This document shows, piece after piece, positions 1 to 16,946 of a DNA stretch of 64,000 bases. The position numbers and the translations under genes were made by a program. Position 1 is the stretch's first letter, and each line of letters starts with the position of its first letter. The DNA is taken from contig JBBPEB010000017.1 in assembly GCA_039096225.1 (NCBI GenBank), positions 744,001 through 808,000 of the forward strand, written 5' to 3'. Under the pieces are notes generated by a model. It made no database searches. It was not told where the DNA came from and saw only the letters and a list, made by a program, of their open reading frames with translations. Origin of the DNA: Blastocystis sp. Blastoise (Eukaryota; Protista; Bigyra: Opalinata).

Positions 1-844
1 TAATTTCATTTTAATATATAATCATATATCTATTATCTAATACAAGAAATCAAGGGTATATAAATATATGATATTTTAATTTGATCAATTTTTTGGGTCA
101 ATCATTTACTCTTTCATTGTTGATGTATGTCTTGATATATTGTTAAATTCATATATTGTTGTGTAGAAGACAGCTTGTTTATAGAAATTATACTGATTAT
201 TACTGATAGCTAAACTTTTTATAAGTTTTAGGTGGTTTAATGTATTAAAGTTAGAATATGTATATTAATCTGTGTTTGAAGAGTAGGGTAGACTCGATTT
301 TCATTATATATATTTGGATTTTACATCAAAATAAAATTAATTGTAAAATAGTTGGTGATATTCTTATGGTATCTGTGAGATATATAGTTCCTTAGTTCAT
401 TGAAGTCATTCATATCGAAATTTGTGTATATTTTTCTATTTATCTGCTTCAAAAAGAAATTCGCCTGTTTAATGTAAAAGAAATGTTATTTTTATCGTAT
501 ATGATTTTGATAGTTTTATTAAATACGTAATGAATAGCATATTGTTTCGTAAATAAATTATTTTTAATGTCTCTTTTCAACATTAAATGAGATTCTTCGT
601 TTCGAAACATAATTTTTTTATATATAGTAAAAAGGATAAATAAGTATAAGCGTCTGATGCTTAAAGTATTTGATCACTCTTATGTTAATCACTGTTAAAA
701 GGATCCAAATATATTTTTTTTAAGAAAAGGATTCGTATGTGTTTTTGTGTTTGATCGTTTTAATTTTTAGCTTTAATTGAATCGTTAAAAACTGTATGTT
801 CATAGGTTTACTATACTCTCTAAAGTTAATAAAGTGCATAAATC

Positions 845-3357
<2,513 letters not shown>

Positions 3358-3921
3358 TTAGATATTCATTTATTTCATATCTTTTGCTTATATATTTGTT
3401 TCTTTTAAATAAAATTTTAAACATTTTTTTATTCATTTGTAAATAAATTCAATATAGTTATAAATTATATTTTCTTCTTTGTTTTGTTTATAAATAGTAA
3501 TTATTCAATCGTAAAGAACAAATTTCTTTTGTATAATTTAAACTTTCTAGGGTTTCAAGAGATGATATTATGAATAAAATAACTAGTTAAGATTATTATT
3601 ATAGTTTATGTATTCATATATAACAGCTATATCATATAAGTAAATGATTTGAACTCTATTAATATCTGTTTATATACATAGATATAATTATTATAATATT
3701 TATTGATAAAACATACTGTAAATATATATCAATAATAAGCAAACAATACAACAATACAACAATAGACATATGAAATTAAAATGACAACTGAAACATTAAA
3801 AAAATTGAAAAGATTTATAAAAAGTTAAAATTATTGAAAAGTCATTTATAAATCATATAACTATATATATATATATATATAAAAGAAAAGTAAAATAGAG
3901 AGTATATATAATTATGACATT

Positions 3922-5731
3922 TTAATTACATAAATGTTTATTATTTAAATCATTTAATTGTTCTAATTGTTCGTTCATTTTCGAAAACATATTTAATAAT
4001 GTCTGTTGTTTCTTCTCATTTCGAATATTTCCTCCTTTTTTCTTAGATATACTCAGACGATTCCCACGGGACTTGAGAGGGGATATATGCCGTTTAAATT
4101 CTAAAACCGCGGGAATCAATCGATCAGAGAGAGTATTTTCATAATCATCTGTTTGTAGTGAATCTATAATTACATATATATATATATGATTCAATATATA
4201 TATATATACTTGAGTCATCATTACTCATAGAGACAGTACTTGTAGTAGGACTATTATAAATACTACTACTATTACTATTATAACTATTACTACTATTACT
4301 ATTATTACTATTATTATTTAAATCCATGGATGTTTGTTTTTGTTTCAGTTTTGATATATAACTATCAATATCCGTATCTTCTTTAGAGGATCTGATTGGC
4401 TGAGGAGGAGACACAACGGGAGGGATATAATGTACGATCATGTGAGGTCGTGAACCGGTTGGCTGGGATGTCGAAAAGTCACGTGATGGAGTCAGTAAAG
4501 ATGATGCATTCGTTATCATTGTACTGTGTTCCAGCTTCTCTGATGAACTCAAGACTCTCTCTTTTTGTGCTATATTCCCGCGGTTTTCTGTGCATTGCAA
4601 AGATGGCGGGATATAGGACGTATTCAGAGATGGAGGGATTGGAGAACCTTCTAAATTATACGATTTCCCCGTGGGAAACGAAGAAATAGTGGTGGAAGGA
4701 GTGTCATGAAACTCTATATATATATATATATATATATAAATATATATATACGTTTATTTGTGTTTGAAAGAGAGTTTTTAAGTAGTTCTGATGATTTCTG
4801 AAATGATATTCCCGTAGTTATTGAATGAAAACTATTTGTTGGAACACTATTTGAAACACTATTTTGAATAGACGAATGAGATAATTGTGATTGACCAAGA
4901 GAATGTGAATTCATTTGATTGGATGTTGGTACATATTGTGGAATACTATTCCTTGGAGGTGTAACTGGAGAATTGATTGGACGAGTCACACTGGGGGATC
5001 TTCCCTGCATAAGAGATGGCGGGATTGGTTTGGCGGGAGAGGGACGGTGAATAGTTTGTACACTTGTAACAGTCTCCCCTTTTTCATTAATAGACGTTAC
5101 AATATATTGATTGGTAGCTAGCGCTGGCGGCAAATAACTCATTAAACTCTTATGATTCGAAGCTACCTTGTTTTCCCGCGGGGATTTGAATGGTTTCCGA
5201 ACGGAAGCAGATAGAGGCGGAAGTGGCGGTAATGAGGAGGAATAAGACTTTGAAGGGGAGGAAACAGACTTTTTGGGGGAGGATGTAATGACTTCAAAGG
5301 ATACTATATAGATAGAGGTATATATATATATAGGTATAAATATATACATATATACATTTAGAAATGAATGCTTGATAATTAATAGAATCTTTGGCCTATA
5401 TATAATATATATTTATAATGTATATATATATATACTTCTTTTTGTTCTGTTTCCTGATAAAATCGTTCTACTCTATATATATATATATAGGTATATATAT
5501 AGGTATATATATATATACGTTGTATCTACATGTATATTTTTTCGATCGAACCCTCTGACGCGCATTCTGTTAATATCCACACCACGTGACATCGCAACAT
5601 ATGTCATACCTTTCTCAAACACACCTATATATATATATAAGTTATAAATATATATATATATATACCATTTAGATCTATTTCTAGAAGGTCAATTGACATT
5701 CCTTGAGACTTATGAATAGACATAGCCCACG

Positions 5732-5790
<59 letters not shown>

Positions 5791-5861
5791 TAGTTTGATA
5801 GGTATTTGTTCCCTCTGTGCGAGAGGCTTGTCTCGTCCTCCTTCTATCTCCCAAGCATTCG

Positions 5862-5901
<40 letters not shown>

Positions 5902-6204
5902 AAAATAGAAAAATAATAAACACATATATATATATATATAAAACTTTACAATAGAAACACAATATATATATACCAATTGCAACTTCTGTTTCTCCCGCGG
6001 GAAGTGCGAATTTCACAATCGGCATATAAGTAACTGAATTCTTTTGTCCGATATTCACAACAAATAAACGATTTCCCGCGGGAGTTGAATTCTTGGATGG
6101 AGATAATGATTGGTTCATTTGTGATTGATTGTCACGTGCTTCAGAATTGGCGGGATCTTCATCTTCGGAGGAAGAAATGGCAGCACTTTCAGATATCTAT
6201 TATA

Positions 6205-6241
<37 letters not shown>

Positions 6242-6245
6242 TGAA

Positions 6246-6334
<89 letters not shown>

Positions 6335-6682
6335 TATTATTATATTATTATTATATTATTATTATATATATATACATCAATAAATCTAGTAACAACCCCG
6401 CGCATTCCATTCACAAGCCCGCGTTCTACATCAAGATTCTTTAGTAACATTACCTATATATATATATTATTATTATTATTATTAATACTATTATGATTCT
6501 ATATATATATATATATATATATACTTGTGCTCCTATTTTCAAGTCGAGTGTTTCTGGAGCTGAGCAACCCTTCTTTAGCAGATTCACATAGATCTCCTCT
6601 CCTTTATATATATATATATATATATATATAATAATCAACATGAACTCTCATATATAGTTATATATATAATAATCAACATGAA

Positions 6683-6720
<38 letters not shown>

Positions 6721-6814
6721 AGAGTCTTTAGCAATATATCTATATATATTTCCCGCCAAATCCGAGAGATGACGCCTGTTCATATCATCTACAGCATTAT
6801 TTATAGGATATATA

Positions 6815-6881
<67 letters not shown>

Positions 6882-7041
6882 AGTTGGTTTAATATCTTTC
6901 TCTATATCTAGATTTGTGTTCTCCATCGCGGCAATTAATTGGAGAGAAGAAGCACTTACAGTACCCTATATATATATATATATATATATAAATAGTTATA
7001 TATATATATAGTTATATATATATATAGTTATATATATATAG

Positions 7042-7076
<35 letters not shown>

Positions 7077-7360
7077 TATATATCTATAGTTATATATATC
7101 TATATATATATACATGTCTGATTTCTCTTAATAATTGTTGTAGTTTTGTGTCCTTCTGACGATACACTGTCTTTAAACATATATATCTCTATATACATAC
7201 TAATATATATATAGTTATATATATATACCTGAATAGTTGTTTTCCAACAATTCGCTTGAAAACAATATATTACTCCATCTCCTATATATATATATATATA
7301 TATAGTTATATATATATATATACTTCCGAGTCCTACAGGTGGTAATTGAAAAAAATCTCC

Positions 7361-7396
<36 letters not shown>

Positions 7397-8448
7397 TATA
7401 TATATATACCACATAATATGACTTGTATACCGCCAAATGGATTATTATTATTTCGAACTTTTCGCGCCAAATATTCGAGGGTATCAAATAGATGACCATC
7501 TAACATACTAATCTCTATATATATATAATAATAATAAATATAATAATAATAATAACAATAATAATAATAAACATAATATATACCATCTATAAATAATACT
7601 TCACATTGTTTCCATCTATCTAAGCATTTCTTATTGGAGCGTATCTTTCTGTGCAGGAACGTCACGTCCTTATCCCCCAACCCGATTCCCGCGAAAGAAT
7701 GAAGAGTAATCCCGCCAATATTACAAGCAGCAATACCTATATATATAAAGAAAACAAACATGAATTATAGATTCAAAAAATATATATATTTATTAAAATA
7801 TAAATAATATATAAATGTAAAAAATAGAATAATTTTATACCCGTAGAAGCAGTTACATAAATAGAATTTTCAGAATGTAATTGTTTTTTCATATTTACAA
7901 TTTTCTTTAATACATACGATTTCCCTGTACCTGCATCTCCCGTGAAAAATACATTCTATACTATAGTAAGAAAAAAAAATAGAAAAGACATACATATCCA
8001 AGTAAACAATATAAATAGGCTTTTTTCTGTTCATCAGAGAGATCTTTTAAGTCCTCTTCTACCCACGTAGGTACTTTTCCATCTGCAAAATGTCTAAAAA
8101 AAAATGAATTCATAAATATAAAAAAGGAGGATTTTTAAGAACACGATTTAGATACTTTGGTTTAGCACTAGAGACATTGGCTGATGGAAATTGAGAATAT
8201 GAAGAAGATTTAGGTGTTTGAGGATCTCTATAAATAAAAAAAACATTGAGTAATATAGAAATTTCTATTACATACGTCATATAAGGTACTGAGCTCCGTT
8301 TTGGTTTAGCTATTTCACGTTTAATTGATTCCGGGCTTCTTGAAGACACATTCACACTTTCAACTATTCCATATTTAGGTGTAGTGTGTGTATGCCCATT
8401 CTTTAGACCTTGTATTGCCGATTCTAGATCAAAAGAATCAGAATTCAT
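3922..8448 (-). CDS. PIF1: Pif1-family 5'-3' DNA helicase with long Ser/Pro-rich C-terminal extension, multi-exon
   Basis: Spliced motifs: [13 protein letters not shown] (Walker A), [115 protein letters not shown]. One junction (6816-6879) is 1 nt out of frame as assembled. Confidence 0.95.
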
Positions 8449-9222
8449 GAAATGAATGTATAAAATAAATAAATGGAAAAAACCTTGTTTATTTATACAT
8501 TAAAAAATGGAGGGAAAAATATTTTCAAAAGAATGAAACTTTTTTTATTTTGGAGAGATTTCATTATATTTCTTAAAGTAATACTGTTCACTAACATTGA
8601 TATAAAGGAATGATTAAAATACATATATTAAACAGTTTTTTAGCAAAAAATGAGGAATAAAAAGTCAATTAGAGGTGATCAATCGGTGATAAGGATAAAT
8701 AGTTATATTAAGCATATTTCTGGACTTGTCTGTGTGTTACAAATGCTGAGAGATGTGAATATTACTCTGAAAACATGTACAAGCTCCACAAACAAAACAA
8801 ATAGTTAGGATAATAAAATAATAAGACTTTTTGATGTTTACCTATTTAAACAACACGAGAAAAGAGAACTTACAAAGAATAGAATATAAAAATATAGATT
8901 TATAGACAAAAAAGAATAAAAAAATATGTACAAAGAAAATAAGGAATAAAAAAGAAGAAGAAGAAGTAATACTAAGTAAAAAAGTGAATAATATTCATAA
9001 ATATATTTAAAAAGAATGAGAAATCTTACTTCAAAAAGAGAAGAATTGATTTTTAAAAAAGATTAAAATGTTTAAAAAGAAAACATATATATATATATAT
9101 ATATATTATTAATTAATTAATTTATTTATTTAATGATTTATAATACTAATAAATAGATGATTGAGAGAAAGAAACATATAAAAGTAATGAACATAAATAG
9201 AGAAAGAGAATTGATAATTCAT

Positions 9223-9339
9223 TTATATCCATACATCTTCTTCAGTAAGTGCACATTTGGCGGGCTTTATGGCGGGCTGATAAGAAGATTTACACCACTA
9301 TAAAGTAAGTATATCAATATATATTATTATATTAATTAT

Positions 9340-9417
<78 letters not shown>

Positions 9418-10125
9418 ATTATAATATATACACTAGGTTTAATTTTAAATGTTGAGCAAACCTCTTCTAAGAAATTAGAGTTATTTGGTATATATTCATC
9501 ATTAATGAAAACCGCGGGAATTGAAGTGATTTCTTGTTTACGATCTGAAATAGCATTCAAATGAGAAATTAATGCCTTTTCTCCTGTACCATCATTAATA
9601 CATGTATATATATCTTTATTTTTCATATTTCCTGCGTCTGCACAATCCTCTATATGGTCCAAAGCAGAATAAGCATAACTATATATATATATATTAATAA
9701 AAATAATACTATATATAAATATAAATGAATAACTATATTAATATAATATATAGTTATATATAACTACATACTTCGCAAGGCATCGAATAGCACTCCAATG
9801 TACGAGGGGATCAGGATATAATTTCATTATACACATGTTAGTAATAGCTAATAAGCACTGTTTCTCTCCCTTAGGGCAAACGAGAGGTTTCTGTATATTA
9901 TCAGGAGACAGAGACACACCTACAGCTGGGTGAATATAGAGATCCATATAAGCAAAAGAACTATATATAACATATTCATAATTATTATATATATAAATAT
10001 AATAAAAGAATTTAAAGAATTAATATATATATACATAATAAATAATATATATATATAATAAAAGAATTTAAAGAATTAATAAATAATAAATAATATATAT
10101 ATATATAATAAATGTAAATAAAAAA

Positions 10126-10161
<36 letters not shown>

Positions 10162-11965
10162 TTTTGTTTTTTCATGATCCAGCTTAGAGTATCTACAATA
10201 AAAGTATCAGAAGCAGTACAGAAATTATCTATATATACTTCTACCTTTGTAGCAGAAGGAGAAGGAGTAGGACGCGTCACTGCTACACGTTCACAATTCG
10301 TACAATCTTTGTACGCAGCGACGAATCTAGTTGGTCCACCACAATAAGGATGAGGTAATCCAGGAATATATTCACAAATAAATTGATGTATATCACAATT
10401 GTCACTACATTTCTTTGAATATATAGATATATAAGGATTAGTCATTCCTGTTATAGGTTTTACACGTTGTTCACGCACAGTAATCATAGTATCTATAATC
10501 TTCTTATAATTCATACTTAATGAACATGCCTTGATTTCATCAGAATACTTAGAAATAGAAGAAAAACAATAATTCTGATTATTTATCATTTGTGTCCCAT
10601 GTTTCAACATACATAAATTAACATTCCAGAATGTTCTAAAGTCTTTAACATAATTCTGTATGCATAATAACGTCTTTAAATAGGTGCATCCATCATCATC
10701 TGAACATAAATATGTATTTGTGTTTATTTTAGTAACTGATTCTATAGGTAATATATGTATATGTAAAGAAGATCGTAAAGATTTAAAAACAAAAGGATTA
10801 ATTTCTTCTAAAAATGGAACTGTCTTTGTACTTAATATATTATATCCTATATATATATGTATAGGTTTTCTAGAAGGTTGTAATACTAAAGGAGAAGAAA
10901 TAGAAGGTTTTGATTTCATAGGAGCGTCATCATCTTCTTCAGTGTCATCAAATAACGTTGTTTTAAAGGAACTAGGCATAATATTATTATTATTATTATT
11001 GTTATTATTATTATTATTATCATTATTATCGATAGAACCTAAAATATTTTGTATAGAAGATGGAATACTATTATTATTGTTATTTTTATTGTTTTTATTA
11101 TTATCATTATTACTATTACTAGTTTTTATAGTTTTCGATTTCACATCATCATCATCATCATCATCATCTTTAGTATTATTAATTTCAAATTTAGTTTTTA
11201 TATTATTACTATTCTTATTCTTCTTCTTATCATTATCATCATCATCATCTTCATCATCATCCATCAACTGTAACTTGGATTTATTACTATCTTTATTCTT
11301 CTCTTTATTCTTATCTTTAGTATTCTCTTTATTATTCCCTTTATTCTTATTCATGTCTTGAATAATAGTTTTCTTAACAGGTTTATCATCTTCATCATCA
11401 TCATCATCATCTTCTAAACTTCCCATCAATTTCGATTTCATTATAGGTTTACTATCTCCTCGTATATTCCCGTGGGAATTCTTCTTCGATTGAGGTTCAT
11501 CATCATCATCATCTAATAAACTATTCATTGTTGAAGAACCAGAGGATTTCTTCTCTTGAGAATTCTTTGATTTTCCCAAGGGAATTGCACCTTCATCATC
11601 ATCATCATCATCATCATCATTCTTACTCTTATTCTTAGTAATTGAACGAATTGATTTTATATCATTTTTCTTTGATGTAGCTGTTTGATATTGTGCGTCA
11701 TCATCATCGTCATCATCTTTTGTAACGGCTTTCGTGTTCTTTTTCGCTTCTTCTGCTAATGATTGTAATATAGAAAGAGGATCTTTTGATTCAGAATCCT
11801 TTGTGTTTGATTTCTTAGTAGCTTTAGTAGTAGTAGAAGAAGAAGAAGAAGAAGAATCAGTAGCTTCAGAATCCGTTGAAGGCTGTTTTGTTACCTTATT
11901 GTACTCCTGTACAACTAGATCTGTGATCTCCGTACATTGACCCATACAAGATTGAGTATCTATAT

Positions 11966-12048
<83 letters not shown>

Positions 12049-14139
12049 TAATATAAGTAGTAGGAACAGCAGGTAATCCATTTTCAAATGTTGATAATGT
12101 CTCTTCAGCCATCTTTCCAAGGGATCGTTGTCCTTTGGCACTAGTAGCACATGCAGTTAATTCATATATATCTAATTTCTGGAACGAACAAGACGCGAGA
12201 ACTGACATGAAATTAGTACCTTTACTATATATATTTATTATATTATTATTATGATTATTATCTTTAATACTATTATTATTATTATAAATATTTAATAATA
12301 ATAATAATAGTATATATATATACGCTTGAAGGCATGTAAGTATTTTGAATGCAGTAAACGGATCTTTCACCATAGAAATAACACAACTGTGAATCAAATT
12401 CGCATAACATTCTATATATATATATATATATATATTGTCTTCTCATATATATATATATATTGTCTTCTCCTATATATCACTATATATAATTATATATATA
12501 TACCTAATTGTCCTTGAGGGCATCTGACATTCCAGGGTTGTTTCTCGAACTTCGCCTGACCGAAGGGGACGAGATGGAGACCCACATACGGCATAACTCT
12601 ATATATATATATATATAATACTATTAAATAGGTAAATAATAATAATAGAATGACTACAATAATGATTATACTATTAAGTATATATATATATATATATACT
12701 CAGTATTCTTCATAAGATTCTCTTGAATATCATGGAATAACGCATAAGAATCAGGAGATAAACCACTGTAGAAAATCCTTATATTTACCTATATATATAT
12801 TATTATTTTATTATATTATTATTATATATATATATATATATATACTAGAACGGTCTTCTTCTTCTTTGGTGCTTTCTTTGGTTTTGGCATTTCCTTCAGA
12901 GCGACATCCTTATAAGAAGAGGTCTTTGTATCACTTGACTATATATATATATAACATTATATATATATATATACTTATTAATAAATATTATAATAATAGT
13001 ATTATCATATATATATATACCTTTGATTTAAAAGTAGGTACACCATCACATGTCTATATATATATATCAAATATTAATAACCAAATAATAATAATTAATA
13101 ATAATATTAAAATCTATATATATAAATCAATATATACAGTTGGTTTATCAGATTCAGAGAAATGTCCACAAATATTATATTTAAATCCTTTACAATTACC
13201 CGGGCACACATCCCCGTTAATAACTACATAGGGAACCGTGGGGAAATCAGCTTTTGAGGTTTGACGACGAGCTTCAAATAACTCTTCCATTATCTATATA
13301 TATATATATATATAATAAATATTAAAAAATTATAAAATAATAATAAAATAAAAAAATTAAACAATACTATAAAATAATGTTAAAAATTATAATCCTATTC
13401 ATAATATAAAACAATAAATATAATCATAATCATAATATAAAACAATAAATATAATCATATTTATCATATATATATATATATATACATCGACTTCATCTTT
13501 CGTGCAGCCCTTTAAGCCTTGATAATCTAATTTAGAATTAAATGAACATTTATAGGCCCATTGGTCTAACTCATCAATATGACTAATATATACATATATA
13601 GAATACAATTCACATATATATAATATATATATAATATAATCATAAAATCAAAAACAAAAAAGGTTTTAAAAAAAATAAAAATACTTTTGAACACATTTTA
13701 CAAAAGGGAAAGCTTTACGGATATCGTACATCTTTAATGCACAAGCTTGATACAATTGTACTTTACATTCTTTACGACCATTTGGACATTTAAACATTCG
13801 TTTACGTTTAAAAAATTGACTGTTACCAAAAGGAATAATTTTCAAATCAATAGATTCAAAAACTCTATTGAATACAAAAAAAATAACAATGATACATCAA
13901 GAATAAAGAAAACAAATATTAGACATTCAAAAAAATTAAATAGAAACTATCATACTCATTACGAACAACATGAGACAATTCAGTATTGATAAATGTAGTT
14001 ACATCTGGAGCTCCTCCTTGCAGATGAACAACAACTGGCATCTTTGCCTATTGAATAAGAACAAATAAGGTAATATAAAACATACAGCTGCAGATAAATA
14101 ACAACAGCAAGCAAGCAGCAAAACTGCTATAGAATTCAT
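9223..14139 (-). CDS. Secreted/lysosomal protein with four tandem GILT-like (IFI30 thiol reductase) domains and an Asp/Asn/Lys-rich linker
   Basis: Signal peptide MNSIAVLLLACCCYLSAA. GILT signatures: IDLKIIPFGN..FKCPNGRKECKVQLYQAC (D1), LHLVPFGQ..VRCPQGQLECYANLIHSC (D2), IHILPIES..YLCSDDDGCTYLKTLLC (D3), LYIHPAVG..LVCPKGEKQCLLAITNMC (D4). The PTVPYVVING / IPAVFIND-type C-terminal strands are present. Stop at 9223-9225. Confidence 0.8.
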
Positions 14140-14615
14140 TGTTATCTTAATAAGGTATCAGTAATAATTTAATAAGGCTTTGTTTTTATTGTATCGTTTT
14201 TAGGTATATTATGTCTCAAGTTTTGTCGAAGTGCCATTTTACCACGGTTATTTTATTATCTCTACTGACTTTTCGAAAATAATATTTTTGTGCTGATCAT
14301 TTTTTCAGATAAATAAAAAAAAAGTGACTCACATTCTGTATTTAAATTAGAGAGTAATGAATTTCGATATTAATTTTGTTTATTACTCAAATAAGAGTAT
14401 CTATAGTCTAGTCTAATGTTTTATGAATGATTGAACTATTAATTAATGAATAAAGTTATAATACAAAAAAACATTGATTAATATTTCTCGAAAAATATGT
14501 GATTTATTTATGCAAGATGTATGTAGCATAATAGAAAATCATAAATCAAAATATGGATAGATAGTTTTCATTAGTTTTCTTCTATTTGTAAGGACAATTA
14601 TTTTTTTTAGGACTT

Positions 14616-15573
14616 TCAACTTTCATCGCTCCATTCGCAATCACTTTCCTGTTCCTCATTCTCATCAACAGGATCTTTGGATGTTTTTTTCAATGTTTCC
14701 TCTGTGTCTTCAACAGAACGTTTATATGTTTTTGAAGGAGGAATAAATTCTTTATCTGCTCTGATTTCATGAGATTCATCTATATATAAGTTCAAGAGTA
14801 ATATGAGACAAACAAAATTTTAAAAAATAAGAAGTAACCATACCTTTGATAATAGACCCTGAGTGTATTTCATTTTTAGGTATATCCTATACATATTTTA
14901 GAAACTAAGATATAAATAAATATACTGTTTTATTCATGGCATGCTTAAGAGTAAACTCTTTTGCACATATTTGATATTGTTCTTTGTCTTTTAAGAACAA
15001 TTCACTCTACATATATATATCCAGAGCATCAATTATTTTTAAAAACATACAATTTCAGGAACAAGACCATCTTTGGCATTCGGCTCAGCAATCAATAAAC
15101 GAATAGATGTTAATAGTGTAGAAATATTTATGGATGGAGCCCAATTTCCCTATTCTAATAGTTATTATTAATATAATTAGCATACTGCAGGAGGCATCTT
15201 CAATAAATCTAAGCATATTCTCCCATTTGAATCAATATTTGGATGATAAATTGGTGTATCAAATCTAACTTTTGGTGGTTCAAATGGATATCGTTCAGGA
15301 AGAGTTAAAGATACTTTAAATAACCCATCTTCATATGGAGATCCTTCAGGTCCAGTAATATCTATAATTATTGCATCATTAGTATAGTCTTTATATAGAA
15401 TTTACCTACCAGCTTTGAAGGAGTACATATTCTCATCATCTGGATAAACAAAAATACCTAAATAGAAGATATGATTTTCGAAATGATGATCAACAAATAC
15501 CTGGAGGTGGAGATGTCTGTAAGATTTTTATTTCTGATTGTAATCTATTCTTTAAAATAGTTCCTGATGACAT
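14616..15573 (-). CDS. UBE2T: Ubiquitin-conjugating enzyme E2, UBE2T-like
   Basis: Spliced [26 protein letters not shown]...[14 protein letters not shown]...[60 protein letters not shown]. It has HPN, the catalytic Cys and the LK(L/M)PP.G.W.PS.NI insertion typical of UBE2T, plus a charged C-terminal tail. Confidence 0.88.
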
Positions 15574-16423
15574 ATTGAAGTAATATTTGCGATTTCTTTT
15601 TATTTTATATTTTTTTATCTTTTTATTGTTTCTTAAGTCACATACATTTATAATAGAGTAATTCAGTATGTAAACTTGAGATTCACACTTCCCAGCTTCA
15701 TAATTTAGTATATATATACAGCAAAAGTTAAAAGACATGTTTCATGGGGGTCTCTGTTTCAATTTATTTATCGGTTTAATACATTGGAGAAGATATGTAT
15801 ATTTTGTAGTTACAATATAAATTATTAAGAATATGTGTTAGAACACCTTTGAATATAATTGTTAATCAAGTTCTCTCTAAATACATTTTTTAATATTAAA
15901 AAGTAGTTTATATATTCTTCTGAATTAAAATCTATTAATTGTAAATAATATTGTGTTATTTTATGAAGATTAACAAAAATAAAGAAAATAAATAAAACAA
16001 ATAATTCAAAAAGAATAAAGAATCACACTCACGATTCTTTTAAAAGAAAAACAAATAAATATCTAATGAAAAGAGAACAATGGAAAGATAATAAAGAAAA
16101 ATAATTATAGTAAATTTATAAATTAGATTAAAAAGATAATATATAATATTTAATATATATATAATGTAGATGAACAAAAAATATATATAAAAACATTCAT
16201 AAAATTTATTAAAAAGATTTTTATATATAATATATATCATTTGTTAAATATAAAATAAATATATAAATAAAAAGTAATTTCTATATATATATATATAATG
16301 AATTGTGTATAAAAAAATAGTATTGAATAATATATATATTAAAGAATGAATACATATATATATAATAGTATTCTTATTATTATCATAGTATTGAAAGAAA
16401 TGTGAATATAGCATTGCAAAGCA

Positions 16424-16463
<40 letters not shown>

Positions 16464-16946
16464 GATTGAGAATAGAAAGAAAGAATAGCATAAAACGACA
16501 AAAATTATATATAAATATATAATTTCTAGAATTAGAATAATATTTGAAAGCACTTTATATATACAGATATATATAATTATAATTATATTTATAGCATGAT
16601 AATAACAATAGAATGAATTTGAAATATATATAGATATAAAGCAATTAATTGAACATGAAGTGGCTAAATAATAAATAGAATACAGAAACAATATAAAGCA
16701 AGCGATATTATATACATATATATATATTTCATAGAAAAACAAAAACCATAAATATATTAATGAAAGAAATAAAAATAAAAGGATATATATATATATAAAG
16801 GCAAATATTTCTAAAACATAAAAATAGAAGTCAACAATATTCTTATAAATATATAATATACATAAATATACATAAATACATTATATGATTATAATACTAC
16901 GAAATAAAGAAACGATTCTTATTTTAAAAGACTATTAATATTCTTC

